From Halodesulfovibrio sp. (GTDB lineage: Bacteria > Desulfobacterota > Desulfovibrionia > Desulfovibrionales > Desulfovibrionaceae), in NCBI RefSeq assembly GCF_025210605.1, contig NZ_JAOARI010000004.1, positions 29,189-93,188 of the forward strand: a stretch of DNA of 64,000 bases. Direction: 5' to 3'. Shown piece after piece: positions 37,243-47,109 of this stretch. Under the pieces are notes generated by a model. It did not search any database and was not told the DNA's origin. It was given only the letters and a program-made list of their open reading frames with translations. Every line of letters starts with the position of its first letter. Position 1 is the first letter of the stretch. A program made the position numbers and the translations under genes.

Positions 37243-37310
37243 CATTCTGTCGCATATGATAGAAGAATGCCATTCTGTCGAATATAACAGGCATTCTGTT
37301 AAATACAACA
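37243..37310. promoter_or_regulatory. Three direct repeats of an ~18-bp element (CATTCTGTYRNATAYRAY): candidate enhancer sites
   Basis: The copies are 37243..37260 CATTCTGTCGCATATGAT, 37271..37288 CATTCTGTCGAATATAAC and 37292..37309 CATTCTGTTAAATACAAC. The last two contain TGT-N8-ACA dyads. The array lies 60-130 bp upstream of the sigma-54 promoter. Confidence 0.5.
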
Positions 37311-37371
37311 GCTTTTGCTGCTGTCTGTATGTGTAAATTGGTAACCAGTTGTTTTTTTATATTTATTTTTT

Positions 37372-37387
37372 TGGCATGTAGATTGCT
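37372..37387 (+). promoter_or_regulatory. Sigma-54 (-24/-12) promoter facing the RND efflux genes
   Basis: TGGCAT-GTAGA-TTGCT is a near-consensus match with exact GG-N10-GC spacing. It is divergent from the GAF/sigma-54 activator gene. Confidence 0.75.
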
Positions 37388-37857
37388 TTTTATGCATCGC
37401 TGCCGAACCAAAAAAAATAACACATTATCGCAAGCTGTTAAAAAAAGTTCTTTAGCACAACCATCAAATTGATGAAATTGTGGCGAGCTTTGTAACAATT
37501 GCAAATAGCACACGATTGGTTTCGTACATGACCTTCGGCAGCTTTTTATTATTTCTGTCGAACTAGGGTATGTTTTTACATTGTAACCTTACGTTGCTGT
37601 TACCTTTTCTTTCTTGCTGCGAATATCACCAAGCCATGTGTTTTTCCGTAGCGATGCTACCTTGAAGCACTTGTTTTACGTTGTTTTGTCAGGTGGAAAA
37701 GTAACCAGCGTATCTTTGCACAGGCAGTGTGAAAACGCATCCTAATATGAAATGACCACTTCATATTAGTAGATTATATGGACAGGATACACTTATGACC
37801 GCAGCCTTTGTCTGTAATTTTAGGGGAGACAGGTCTGCGTTTTTCTGGAGTATTTTT

Positions 37858-38988
37858 GTGGGAACACTACGTATTAAAACAGCCCTGTTTGTATTAGCAG
37901 GGCTTGTGATGCTGGCACTTCAAGGGTGCACTGGTGAAGAGAGAGTAAAAGCTGTCACAGTGGCAAAACCTGTAAAGGTTATTACTGTTAATGGCGGAAC
38001 AGAATTAGTCGAGCGTGCATTTCCGGGGACTGTTGTTGCCGGTAAAAAAGCAGAAATTGGGTTTCGTGTTTCCGGTCAATTAAGCAAGCTGCTCGTTAAC
38101 GCAGGAGAGCGTGTTACCCGCAATCAAGTAATTGCAACATTGGATAAAAGTGATTTCCAGACAACGCTGCGTGGGCTGGATTCGCAGCTTCGAGGGGCGA
38201 TTGCATCGTTGCAGGAAGCAGAGCTTAACTTCAAACGTAACTCTGTGTTGTTGAAAGAAGACATTGTTTCCAAAGCTACTTTCGACAGCGCACACAGCAC
38301 TGTTGAAAATGCCAGAGCTAAAGTGAAGTTACTGGAACAGCAGCGCGAACAGGCGCGTCTTAATTTGGAATACACCGTACTTCGTGCGCCTTTTGATGGT
38401 GTAGTGGCTCAAACGTATGTGAAAAATTTTGAAAATGTTCAGGCTCAGCAGCATATTGCACGATTAGATGATGTTGAACAACTTGATATTGAAGTGGAAG
38501 TTCCAGAACTGATTATCGCGATTCTTCAAGCTAAAACAGGTGTCCTTAAAAAGCCGTCTGTACGTTTTGCGGCAATGCCTGACAAATTATACGAAGGTGA
38601 GCTTAGAGAGTTTGAAGCGACGGCAAATGAACAAACCCGTACGTACACAGTTACTATTACATTGCCGCAGCCTGAAGGTGTAAGCATCTATTCAGGTATG
38701 ACAGCTGAAGTTATCGGCTACTTGCCTAATGCATCTGATGGCAGTGTGAAAGCTATCCGTGTGCCTGTTAATTCCGTGGCTGTTGATGCAGAAAATAATC
38801 CTTTTGTGTGGGTTGTGCAGGATGACAACACAGTGGCGCGCGCTTCCGTGACGCTTGGGGACATGCAGGAGGATGAATATATTTTAAAAGCAGGACTGGA
38901 GTCCGGTATGCAGGTTGTAACCGCAGGGGTGCATTACCTTAAAGAAGGTCAGCCTGTGCGTGTATTGCAGGGTGAGATTGGAGAGTAG
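37858..38988 (+). CDS. RND efflux periplasmic adaptor (membrane fusion protein), lipoprotein-type signal
   Basis: GTG at 37858, 8 nt after GGAG, gives MGTLRIKTALFVLAGLVMLALQGC. The longest ORF starts at 37795. HlyD-like coiled-coil and barrel regions are present. Confidence 0.85.
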   Translation: MGTLRIKTALFVLAGLVMLALQGCTGEERVKAVTVAKPVKVITVNGGTELVERAFPGTVVAGKKAEIGFRVSGQLSKLLVNAGERVTRNQVIATLDKSDFQTTLRGLDSQLRGAIASLQEAELNFKRNSVLLKEDIVSKATFDSAHSTVENARAKVKLLEQQREQARLNLEYTVLRAPFDGVVAQTYVKNFENVQAQQHIARLDDVEQLDIEVEVPELIIAILQAKTGVLKKPSVRFAAMPDKLYEGELREFEATANEQTRTYTVTITLPQPEGVSIYSGMTAEVIGYLPNASDGSVKAIRVPVNSVAVDAENNPFVWVVQDDNTVARASVTLGDMQEDEYILKAGLESGMQVVTAGVHYLKEGQPVRVLQGEIGE

Positions 38989-38993
38989 CTGTC

Positions 38994-41900
38994 ATGAGTA
39001 TTGGAGAATGGGCGATCCGTAAGCGTATAACAACGCTTACCATGATCGTAGTGCTTCTTGCAGGGGGGCTTGTTGCTTACCAATCCATGGGGCGACTTGA
39101 AGATCCGGAATTTACTATTAAAGATGCAATTGTTGTCACTGCATATCCGGGGGCAACAGCAGAAGAGGTTGCAGAAGAAGTTACAGATCGACTCGAAAGT
39201 TCTATTCAACAGCTTGCACAGCTCAAGGATGTGACTTCAGTATCATTGCCCGGTAAGTCCATCATCACAGTCAAAATCAAAGAAGGTTATAACAAGGAAA
39301 CATTACCTCAGGTATGGGACGAATTGCGTCGCAAAGTGGGGGATGTGCAAGGGATGCTGCCTCTGGGGGCGCACCCTTCCGTTGTGATAGATGATTTTGG
39401 TGATGTATACGGTATTTTGTATTCTGTAACAGCAGACGGGTACTCGTATAAAGAATTGCAAGACTACGTTACATATTTACGCAAAGAGTTGCTTGTTATT
39501 CAGGACGTAGCCAAGGTCAAGGTATGGGGCGAACAGCGCGAAGCTGTGTTTATCGAAATGCCGCGTGCAAAGCTGCGCCAGCTTGGGGTGACAACGCAGT
39601 CGATTGTTGGTGCTCTTAAACAGCGTAACCTTGTCTCGGATGCAGGTAATGTTCAGGTCGGGCGAGAATACATTCGTATATCCCCGTCTGGTGGTATTAC
39701 TTCAGTAGATGCACTTGGCGATATTTATGTCACAGATGCAGGTTCTGGAAAACTGGTGTACTTGCGAGACCTTGCCACCATTACTCGTGGATATATCGAG
39801 CCTTCAACAAATATTATGCGGCAGAATGGAACGCGAGGGCTGGCTGTAGGCATTTCGTTGGCATCAGGCGGTAATATCGTTGATCTTGGCAAGCGCGTAA
39901 CAGCACGTCTTGCAGAGCTTGATGCAGAGACACCTGTCGGGTTTCAGATTAAACCGATCTATTTTCAGCCGGACTACGTCACAAAAGCTGTCGAAGGCTT
40001 TGCTGTCAGCCTGCTTGAGGCGGTAGGGATTGTTGTCGTAATTCTCATGATATTCATGGGGCTGCGGAGCGGGCTTCTTATTGGCACAGTATTGCTGATT
40101 ACAGTATGCGGCTCGTTTATCTTCATGAAAATGATGGATATTCAACTGCAAAGGATTTCGTTGGGCGCGCTTATTATCGCACTGGGTATGCTGGTAGATA
40201 ACGCAATTGTTGTTACCGAAGGTATGCTTGTCCGCATCCAGCAAGGTGAAGATAAAATTGCAGCAGCCCGCGCTGTAGTGTCACAAAATATGTGGCCGTT
40301 GTTTGGCGCAACGGTTGTTGCGGTTATGGCTTTTGCTGCAATTGGTCTTTCAAGCGATGTTACTGGTGAATATTGCGGCTCGTTGTTCTGGGTGTTGCTG
40401 ATATCATTAATGCTCAGCTGGGTAACCGCACTGACGGCAACTCCGTTGTTATGCGAAATGTTTTTGCACAAAAAGGAAGGTGCGGAAGCAGCAGACCCAT
40501 ATGGTAGCTTTTTATTCCGCGCTTATCGTGGTTCACTTCGAGCTTGTCTTAACCATCGCTGGGTAACTATTGGTGCTTTGCTCACTGTAATGGTCGCCTC
40601 TGGCTATGCAATGCAGTATGTCGATCAGATGTTTTTCCCAGCTTCTACTCAGCCACAATTTTTTGTGGATATCTGGAAGCCGGAAGGGGCTGATATTAGT
40701 TCAGTAAGTGATGATCTCCGTAAATTTGAGCAAAAATTAGCAACGGATGAGCGTGTTGAATTTACATCAACCTTCATCGGTGCCGGTGCTCCTCGTTTCA
40801 TGCTGGTATATGCTCCTGAACAGAGTTATCCAAACTACGGTCAGCTTATTGTAACCATTAAGGATTACCATGATGTGCCAGCAATGATTAAAGAATACAG
40901 GGAGTATGCAAGCAAAGCGTTTCCTGAAGCATTCTTTAAATTTAAAAAGGTACGGCTTGGTCCGGGGCGTGATGATCCGGTTGAAGTTCGTTTCTCAGGT
41001 CCAAACCCTGAGGTTCTTCGAGAGTTGTCCCGTAAGGCGCAGGCAATTTTTAGAGCGAACGACAACGCGCGTGGTATTCGCGATAACTGGCGACAGAAAG
41101 CAAAAGTCATTGTTCCTGTGTTGAATGAGCAGGCGGTACGCCGTGCTGGGTTGGATCGACCTGATGTCGCAAAAGCGTTGCAGGCGGCATACGTGGGAGC
41201 TGCTGTTGGCGTCTATCGTGAAGGCGATACGCTGCTGCCGATCATGCTGCGTCCTCCTAAAGAAGAGCGCACAGAGGTTGGTTCAATGAGCTCTGTACAA
41301 GTGTTCAGTCGTGTCTCAAATAGCATGATCCCGCTAGGTCAGCTTGTTTCTGAGTTCAAGACAGAGTTTCAGAACAATGTGCTGCATAAACGTAACCGCA
41401 AACTTACCATCACCGTTTCATGTGAAGCCCGTGAAGGCTTGCCAATTGGGTTATTTAATGAATTACGACCGTTGATTGAATCAATGCCTCTTCCTGCTGG
41501 ATATAGCATGGAGTGGGGTGGTGAATATGAGGATTCTACTGACGCTCAGGCTGGGTTGTTTGGCACTATTCCATCAACTGTAGTTATGATGATTCTCATC
41601 ACAATTGCACTATTTAACTCCCTGCGAGAGCCTTTGATTATCTGGCTTACAGTGCCGTTGGCGATCATTGGTGTTGCATGGGGGCTGCTAGTATCCGGTC
41701 AACCATTTGGCTTTATGGCTTTGCTTGGCTTCTTGAGCCTTATGGGGATGCTCATCAAGAACGCAATTGTGTTGCTGGATGAAATTAATTTGCAAATACG
41801 AGAAGGAAAGGAACCTTTTACGGCTGTTCTGGATGCTTCAGTAAGCCGTGTCCGTCCTGTTATGATGGCAGCGAGTACAACAGTACTTGGTATGCTCCCG

Positions 41901-42035
41901 CTGCTAGCCGATGCATTCTTTGTATCAATGGCTGTAACCATTATGGCAGGTCTGACCTTTGCAACTGTGCTGACGCTGGTTGTTGTGCCGACGCTCTATG
42001 TAATTCTGTTTAAGATTAGAGAAAAGGTGGCGTAA
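38994..42035 (+). CDS. RND efflux inner-membrane permease (AcrB/HAE family)
   Basis: 1013 aa with 12-TM, two-loop architecture. Sequence begins AIRKRITTLTMIVVLLAGG...VDNAIVV.. and continues ..KNAIVLLDEI. Confidence 0.92.
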   Translation: MSIGEWAIRKRITTLTMIVVLLAGGLVAYQSMGRLEDPEFTIKDAIVVTAYPGATAEEVAEEVTDRLESSIQQLAQLKDVTSVSLPGKSIITVKIKEGYNKETLPQVWDELRRKVGDVQGMLPLGAHPSVVIDDFGDVYGILYSVTADGYSYKELQDYVTYLRKELLVIQDVAKVKVWGEQREAVFIEMPRAKLRQLGVTTQSIVGALKQRNLVSDAGNVQVGREYIRISPSGGITSVDALGDIYVTDAGSGKLVYLRDLATITRGYIEPSTNIMRQNGTRGLAVGISLASGGNIVDLGKRVTARLAELDAETPVGFQIKPIYFQPDYVTKAVEGFAVSLLEAVGIVVVILMIFMGLRSGLLIGTVLLITVCGSFIFMKMMDIQLQRISLGALIIALGMLVDNAIVVTEGMLVRIQQGEDKIAAARAVVSQNMWPLFGATVVAVMAFAAIGLSSDVTGEYCGSLFWVLLISLMLSWVTALTATPLLCEMFLHKKEGAEAADPYGSFLFRAYRGSLRACLNHRWVTIGALLTVMVASGYAMQYVDQMFFPASTQPQFFVDIWKPEGADISSVSDDLRKFEQKLATDERVEFTSTFIGAGAPRFMLVYAPEQSYPNYGQLIVTIKDYHDVPAMIKEYREYASKAFPEAFFKFKKVRLGPGRDDPVEVRFSGPNPEVLRELSRKAQAIFRANDNARGIRDNWRQKAKVIVPVLNEQAVRRAGLDRPDVAKALQAAYVGAAVGVYREGDTLLPIMLRPPKEERTEVGSMSSVQVFSRVSNSMIPLGQLVSEFKTEFQNNVLHKRNRKLTITVSCEAREGLPIGLFNELRPLIESMPLPAGYSMEWGGEYEDSTDAQAGLFGTIPSTVVMMILITIALFNSLREPLIIWLTVPLAIIGVAWGLLVSGQPFGFMALLGFLSLMGMLIKNAIVLLDEINLQIREGKEPFTAVLDASVSRVRPVMMAASTTVLGMLPLLADAFFVSMAVTIMAGLTFATVLTLVVVPTLYVILFKIREKVA

Positions 42036-42202
42036 CAAGTACGGGCGCATCTGAATGGTGCGTCCGCATCTGGCTGGTACTGGATTGAGCATGAGCTAAC
42101 ACATGCTCAAGAAAAACTTCTCTCGACCATGCATCATGCAGAACGCGAAAGTTCCAACTTTCCCCTTAGAGTTGGCACTCTATCTCATTCGCGCCTGCAC
42201 TG

Positions 42203-42245
42203 GAAGCCCATGCTTACTCTCGCATGGGCTTCGTCGTTTCTTTTA
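42203..42245 (+). terminator. Intrinsic terminator downstream of the RND operon
   Basis: GAAGCCCATGC-(8 nt)-GCATGGGCTTC followed by GTCGTTTCTTTT. Confidence 0.65.
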
Positions 42246-43613
42246 TCGAACTTGCACTACTGGAAAACGAGGTTTCAGAGTAATACCGGCGCGTTCTCGG
42301 ATAGAGTCTGCATGTCGTTGCGCTTGTTTAAGCAAATCTTTTTCGTCGAACGTGCAAATCTCTTTATCTTTCATCAGCCATTTTCCGTCGCACATTGTGT
42401 GCGTTACATTTGTCGAATGCATGGAGTATACAAGGCTGGAAACAGGGTCGTGCACTGGAACGGAACCGGGCATGAGAGCTGGGTTGATAATGGCAAGGTC
42501 AGCTTTTTTCCCGACGCTGAGTGAGCCAATCTGATCTTCCCAGAGAAGCGCTTTCGCACCATTGACGGTTGCCATTTCTAAAATGGTTTCTGCCGGAACC
42601 GTTGTCGGGTCAAGCGTGCGTCCTTTGTGAATGAGTGCTGTCAGGTATAGTTCATCAAGCATATCCATACGGTTGTTGCATGGCGCTCCATCCGTTGCAA
42701 TGGTAACGCATATTCCTTGCTTGAGCATTTCAGGAACCGGCGCGAAGCCGAGAACACGCATAGCTGCACCCGGGTTATGGGACACTTTTACATTGTGCTT
42801 TGCGAAAAGGGATATTTCGTTTTCAGTGAGCCATACGGTGTGCACTGCAAGAAAATTTGAATCCATCACACCAAGGTTTGCGAGATGCTCCACTGTGGTT
42901 GCGCCGCGTGTTTTTTGGGAGAATTCAACTTCTTCTTTGATTTCTGCAACATGCATGTGGATACCGACATTATGCTCATCTGCGAGCTGTTTTGTGCGGA
43001 CTATAAGCTCATCTGAGTTGTTAAATATGGTACGCAAACCAAACCAGCAGCGGATTCGATCATTTTCTGCACCGTTCCAGCGTTTGATAAGCTCAAGCTG
43101 AATTGCAAGTGCTTCGTCTGTGCTTTCCTGACGATCTTCGGGAATACCTTCACCGCAATCCATTGTAGAGCGTGCAAGAATGCCGCGTATCCCAGCTTTT
43201 GTTACAGCGCGTCCCATCGCATCAACGTGTTGTCCGCCGGGTTCTGCAAAGCATGTTACGCCGGAGCGAATGAGTTCTGCGCAGCAGGCGAGGGCAGATA
43301 TTTCTACATCTTCTTCTGTCATTGCAAGTTCATACGGCCATGTACGGTCATGCAGCCATGTAAGCAAGTCAACATCGTCACCGAGTCCGCGACCTAACTG
43401 CTGACAAAGGTGGACGTGTGTATTGATGAGCCCTGGGATGATGATAGACCCTGTACAGTCAATAACTTCGGCATCAGGAGCAATATCGCATCGATCCACA
43501 GCACCTATTGTAGTGATGCGATCATCAGTAATAAGAATGTCGCTGTTGACGAACATTTCTCTATTCTCGTTCATAGAAAGAATGAGCGCATTGCTCAATA
43601 GTATCTGCGACAT
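42243..43613 (-). CDS. Amidohydrolase-superfamily deaminase (MTA/SAH-deaminase or chlorohydrolase-like)
   Basis: 456 aa. Contains PGLINTHVHLCQ (HxH), HMHVAE and a later ATDG. Substrate is not assignable from sequence alone. Confidence 0.75.
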   Translation of the reverse strand: MSQILLSNALILSMNENREMFVNSDILITDDRITTIGAVDRCDIAPDAEVIDCTGSIIIPGLINTHVHLCQQLGRGLGDDVDLLTWLHDRTWPYELAMTEEDVEISALACCAELIRSGVTCFAEPGGQHVDAMGRAVTKAGIRGILARSTMDCGEGIPEDRQESTDEALAIQLELIKRWNGAENDRIRCWFGLRTIFNNSDELIVRTKQLADEHNVGIHMHVAEIKEEVEFSQKTRGATTVEHLANLGVMDSNFLAVHTVWLTENEISLFAKHNVKVSHNPGAAMRVLGFAPVPEMLKQGICVTIATDGAPCNNRMDMLDELYLTALIHKGRTLDPTTVPAETILEMATVNGAKALLWEDQIGSLSVGKKADLAIINPALMPGSVPVHDPVSSLVYSMHSTNVTHTMCDGKWLMKDKEICTFDEKDLLKQAQRHADSIRERAGITLKPRFPVVQVR

Positions 43614-44067
43614 ATGTCCTCCGCGAAGATCAGTAAAAAAAGTGGGAAATATGCTTGTGGGTGCGTGCTGTCAATTTTTCAGTCTTGAGACAGTCTACGA
43701 GACAATCGGGGTTGGCGTATAGTGGCTGCTGCTTGTTATATTGAAGAATATGCTGGGAGGGACGTTTTGCAGTAGACGTTAAGAAGTGAATATACTACAT
43801 ATGTCAATCGGCAACGAAGTCGCGGGAAACGGCTGTTGCCGATGGTGTCGGACCTTATTTGCTCAGGAATACTCCTAAAGTATTGCGACAGTAAGTGAGG
43901 AGGGAATCCGGCGTGGTTTGTTTTGGTTAACCATTGAATAATGACACGAAGCTATACGCGTATGTAAAACTTGATTTTGTCTGGGTTTTACATATATGTT
44001 AAAAATGTTGAAGAGAGTTTCTTTAGCATCTGCTCATTGTTATTTTCTTTGTAAGGAGTTAGTAGGT

Positions 44068-44235
44068 ATGGAACGAGTACTTAAAGATCGTTATAAGCGT
44101 GAGTTTGTTGAGGTTATATGCCCTATATGCCGTAAAACTCAGATTATAGCTGTGCCCGAAGAGCCGTTGCCTAAATGTGATACGTGTAAACGGGACATGG
44201 TCATTAAGGAAGTTTTGACCGAAGGGAAATACTAA
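44068..44235 (+). CDS. 55-aa zinc-ribbon protein (CxxC...CxxC)
   Basis: ATG at 44068, after AAGGAG. Sequence is MERVLKDRYKREFVEVICPICRKTQIIAVPEEPLPKCDTCKRDMVIKEVLTEGKY. Confidence 0.55.
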   Translation: MERVLKDRYKREFVEVICPICRKTQIIAVPEEPLPKCDTCKRDMVIKEVLTEGKY

Positions 44236-44276
44236 CTCGTATTGTTTTTGTTTTTATTTATTATGGGAGAATAGGG

Positions 44277-45098
44277 ATGAAATTTGTAAAAGTACTCTTA
44301 GTGCTGGCAATGACATTTATGCTCGCAGCGCCTGCTTCTGCGGCTGATATTGAGCTTGCTAAGCAGTCTACAATTAACAAAATTCTTAAAAGTGGCGAAC
44401 TCCGCGTTGGTTTTGACGCAAGTTACGCTCCATTTGAAATTACTGACAAAAATGGTCGCTACATCGGTTTTGATATCGACCTTGCAAAAGAGCTTGCAAA
44501 AGCTATGGGCGTGAAATTTGTGCCAGTCAATACTGATTTTGACGGCATCATTCCTTCTCTGCTCTCTAATAAATTTGATGTTATCATTTCCGGTATGACT
44601 CTTACCCAGCAGCGTAACCTTCAGATTGGTTTCTCTGATGCGTACTTCCTTATGGGACAGGGCGTAATGGTTTCCAACAAGCTTCAGGGTAAAATTACTC
44701 GTTACAAAGAGTTGAACGACCCTAAATACGTTGTTGTATCCCGTCTTGGTACCACAGGTGAAGAAGCTGTTAAAAAGTATCTCCCTAAAGCAACATACAA
44801 ATCTTTCGAAAAAGAAGTTGATTGCGGCATGGAAGTTATTGCCGGTCGTGCTGATGCTTTTGTTTTCGATATTCCTGCTCTTGAAAACATTGCTTCTGTT
44901 CAGGGTAAAGGCAAAGTGTTCGTACTGAACGATCCTTTCACTTTTGAACCTATGGCAATTGGTTACAAACAGGGTGATCCTGATTTTGCTAACTTCCTCA
45001 ACAACTTTATCTTCCAGTTCAAAAACGACGGTCGTTACCAGCGTCTTTACGACAAATGGTTCCGTTCCGAAGCTTGGAAATCCCAGTTGAAGAAATAG
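44277..45098 (+). CDS. Amino-acid ABC transporter substrate-binding protein
   Basis: 273 aa with a signal peptide. Contains LRVGFDASYAPFE and GFDIDLAKELAKAMG. Confidence 0.9.
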   Translation: MKFVKVLLVLAMTFMLAAPASAADIELAKQSTINKILKSGELRVGFDASYAPFEITDKNGRYIGFDIDLAKELAKAMGVKFVPVNTDFDGIIPSLLSNKFDVIISGMTLTQQRNLQIGFSDAYFLMGQGVMVSNKLQGKITRYKELNDPKYVVVSRLGTTGEEAVKKYLPKATYKSFEKEVDCGMEVIAGRADAFVFDIPALENIASVQGKGKVFVLNDPFTFEPMAIGYKQGDPDFANFLNNFIFQFKNDGRYQRLYDKWFRSEAWKSQLKK

Positions 45099-45114
45099 GA
45101 TTTTTTGTCTACTA

Positions 45115-45146
45115 CAGGGTCGGTTTACCACCGACCCTGTTTATTT
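45115..45146 (+). terminator. Intra-operon intrinsic terminator after the binding-protein gene
   Basis: CAGGGTCGGT-TTACC-ACCGACCCTG followed by TTTATTT. Confidence 0.75.
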
Positions 45147-45311
45147 GCCTGTCATTCCTGCCTGCTATGCAGTGGCAGCCCAAATATTCATAGGCTTACA
45201 AAGCTTCCTTCTAGTTTTTTGGTTTGCTGCAATTTTGCAAGTGAGCTGAAGCTGGAAGGTTTTACTGTTTTTTAGAACTCGTTCGTAACGTGTTGAGATA
45301 AGGATACGCAG

Positions 45312-46322
45312 ATGATGAATTATACAGGACTCGATCGTCCTAAGAAGCCGGGGTATTTCCTGTTCTGGAAAGCCATGTTTGTGGCAATTTGCCTGCTTGG
45401 CATCGGCTTCATTTACGCTGCTGCAGATTTTGTAGATTATAACTGGCGCTGGGAACAGGTGCCGCAATACTTCTGGCTGGATAAAGACCTTGAGGTTCGT
45501 TCTGAAGCTGAAGGTGATCTGACCAAGATTGATAAAACTGCCGCAGGATATACGATTATTATTCAGGATGGCAGCCACGAAGAAGTGGTTAACATGCCGC
45601 CTGATGCCAATATTTTCCTGATGGAAGGCGATTACGTATATATGGGCGATACTATCGGTGAGTATCGTGTCAGCAAGCCGGGCATTTTGCTTGAAGCTAC
45701 CTACGTAACCCTGAAAGTCTCTATGCTCGCGATTGTTCTCGGCATTGTTGTCGGTATTATTAGCGGGTTGATGCGTATTTCTGAAAACCCTTGTCTGCGC
45801 TGGCTCTCCATCACGTATGTCGAACTTATCCGTGGTTCTCCACTGCTTGTTCAAATTTTTCTCTGGTACTTCGTAGCAGGCTCTCTTATCAACGCTATGC
45901 TTGATAAAATCGGGCTAGATCCGATTCCAGCACTGTGGTACGGCGTGTTTGCTCTTGCAATCTTTACCGGTGCGTATGTTGCAGAAATTGTCCGTGCGGG
46001 TGTTCAGTCTGTGCATCGTGGTCAGAGTGAAGCTGCTCGTGCTTTGGGTCTTAGTGGCCCACAGGCGATGCGTAAGGTTATTTTGCCTCAGGCATTCCGT
46101 CGTATTCTTCCTCCGCTTGCAGGGCAGTTTATCAGCCTTATCAAAGACTCTTCATTGCTTGGCGTAATTGCTGTGCGTGAGCTGACAAAGGCAACTCGTG
46201 AAGTTATCAGTTCTTCTCTTATGTCTTACGAACTGTGGATTTCTTGTACCATTATGTACCTTGTACTTACCTTTGCCCTTTCTGTGGCTGTTCAGTACCT
46301 TGAAAGGAGAGCAGTACGATGA
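45312..46322 (+). CDS. Amino-acid ABC transporter permease (His/Glu/Gln/Arg/opine family) with N-terminal extension
   Basis: 336 aa. Contains the EAA-loop region [33 protein letters not shown]. An extra N-terminal TM plus an ~90-aa loop are present. Confidence 0.9.
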   Translation: MMNYTGLDRPKKPGYFLFWKAMFVAICLLGIGFIYAAADFVDYNWRWEQVPQYFWLDKDLEVRSEAEGDLTKIDKTAAGYTIIIQDGSHEEVVNMPPDANIFLMEGDYVYMGDTIGEYRVSKPGILLEATYVTLKVSMLAIVLGIVVGIISGLMRISENPCLRWLSITYVELIRGSPLLVQIFLWYFVAGSLINAMLDKIGLDPIPALWYGVFALAIFTGAYVAEIVRAGVQSVHRGQSEAARALGLSGPQAMRKVILPQAFRRILPPLAGQFISLIKDSSLLGVIAVRELTKATREVISSSLMSYELWISCTIMYLVLTFALSVAVQYLERRAVR

Positions 46323-47050
46323 TTAGCGCTAAAAACGTTAATAAATATTTTTATATTCCTGAAGAGCTTCACGCTCTTAAAGATGTCTCCATGGAAGTTG
46401 CAGCAGGTGAAGTGCTTGTTGTTATCGGTCCATCCGGCTCAGGGAAGTCTACTTTTCTCCGATGCTTGAACCGTCTTGAGTATGCTAACAGCGGCTCAAT
46501 TACCATTGAAGGTACTGAGGTATTAGACCCTAGCTGCGATATTAATGAGATTCGCGCTGAAGTTGGGATGGTATTCCAGTCTTTCAACTTGTTCCCGCAT
46601 ATGACTGTGCTTGAGAATATTACCATGGCTCAGCTGACCGTGCGTAAGCGTTCTAAGAAGGATGCAGAGCAAAAAGGTATGGCATTGCTGGAAAAAGTTG
46701 GTCTTGCACATAAATATAATGTGTATCCTGACCAGCTTTCTGGTGGTCAGCAGCAGCGTATTGCTATTGCTCGCGCTCTTGCAATGGACCCGAAAGTATT
46801 GCTGTTTGACGAGCCTACCTCTGCGCTTGACCCAGAAATGGTTGGCGAGGTTCTGGATGTTATGAAAAACCTTGCGAAAGAAGGTATGACAATGGTTGTT
46901 GTTACTCACGAAATGGGCTTTGCCCGTGAAGTGGCAGACCGTGTTGTCTTTATGGACGGTGGTCAGCTTGTTGAAGAGGGTACACCGGAACATTTCTTTA
47001 CAAGCCCTGAACATGAAAGAACCAAGCTGTTCCTGAGTCAGATTTTGTAA
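46319..47050 (+). CDS. Amino-acid ABC transporter ATP-binding protein
   Basis: 243 aa. Contains [24 protein letters not shown] and [11 protein letters not shown]. It overlaps the permease gene by 4 nt. Confidence 0.95.
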   Translation: MISAKNVNKYFYIPEELHALKDVSMEVAAGEVLVVIGPSGSGKSTFLRCLNRLEYANSGSITIEGTEVLDPSCDINEIRAEVGMVFQSFNLFPHMTVLENITMAQLTVRKRSKKDAEQKGMALLEKVGLAHKYNVYPDQLSGGQQQRIAIARALAMDPKVLLFDEPTSALDPEMVGEVLDVMKNLAKEGMTMVVVTHEMGFAREVADRVVFMDGGQLVEEGTPEHFFTSPEHERTKLFLSQIL

Positions 47051-47078
47051 GATAGAGTTAGACGTAGTTGAAATTGCA

Positions 47079-47109
47079 AAAAGCGGACTTATCACAAGTC
47101 CGCTTTTTT
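47079..47109 (+). terminator. Intrinsic terminator after the ABC operon
   Basis: AAGCGGACTT-ATCAC-AAGTCCGCTT followed by TTTT. Confidence 0.85.

Noticed and set aside
42103-42534. Overlapping plus-strand ORFs (143 and 131 aa) after the RND permease, a possible missing outer-membrane factor
   Set aside because: They mostly overlap the amidohydrolase gene on the other strand. They lack a signal peptide or beta-barrel character and are far too short for an OMF. The RND terminator at 42203 precedes most of their length.
44298-45131. 277-aa minus-strand ORF antisense to the ABC binding-protein gene. Similar long antisense ORFs are 3097..3870, 26117..27043, 45165..45854, 46523..47095, 57615..58337, 58557..59333 and 59718..60266.
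   Set aside because: All lie fully inside strongly supported genes on the other strand. They have low-complexity or odd composition and lack start contexts. I treat them as shadow ORFs.
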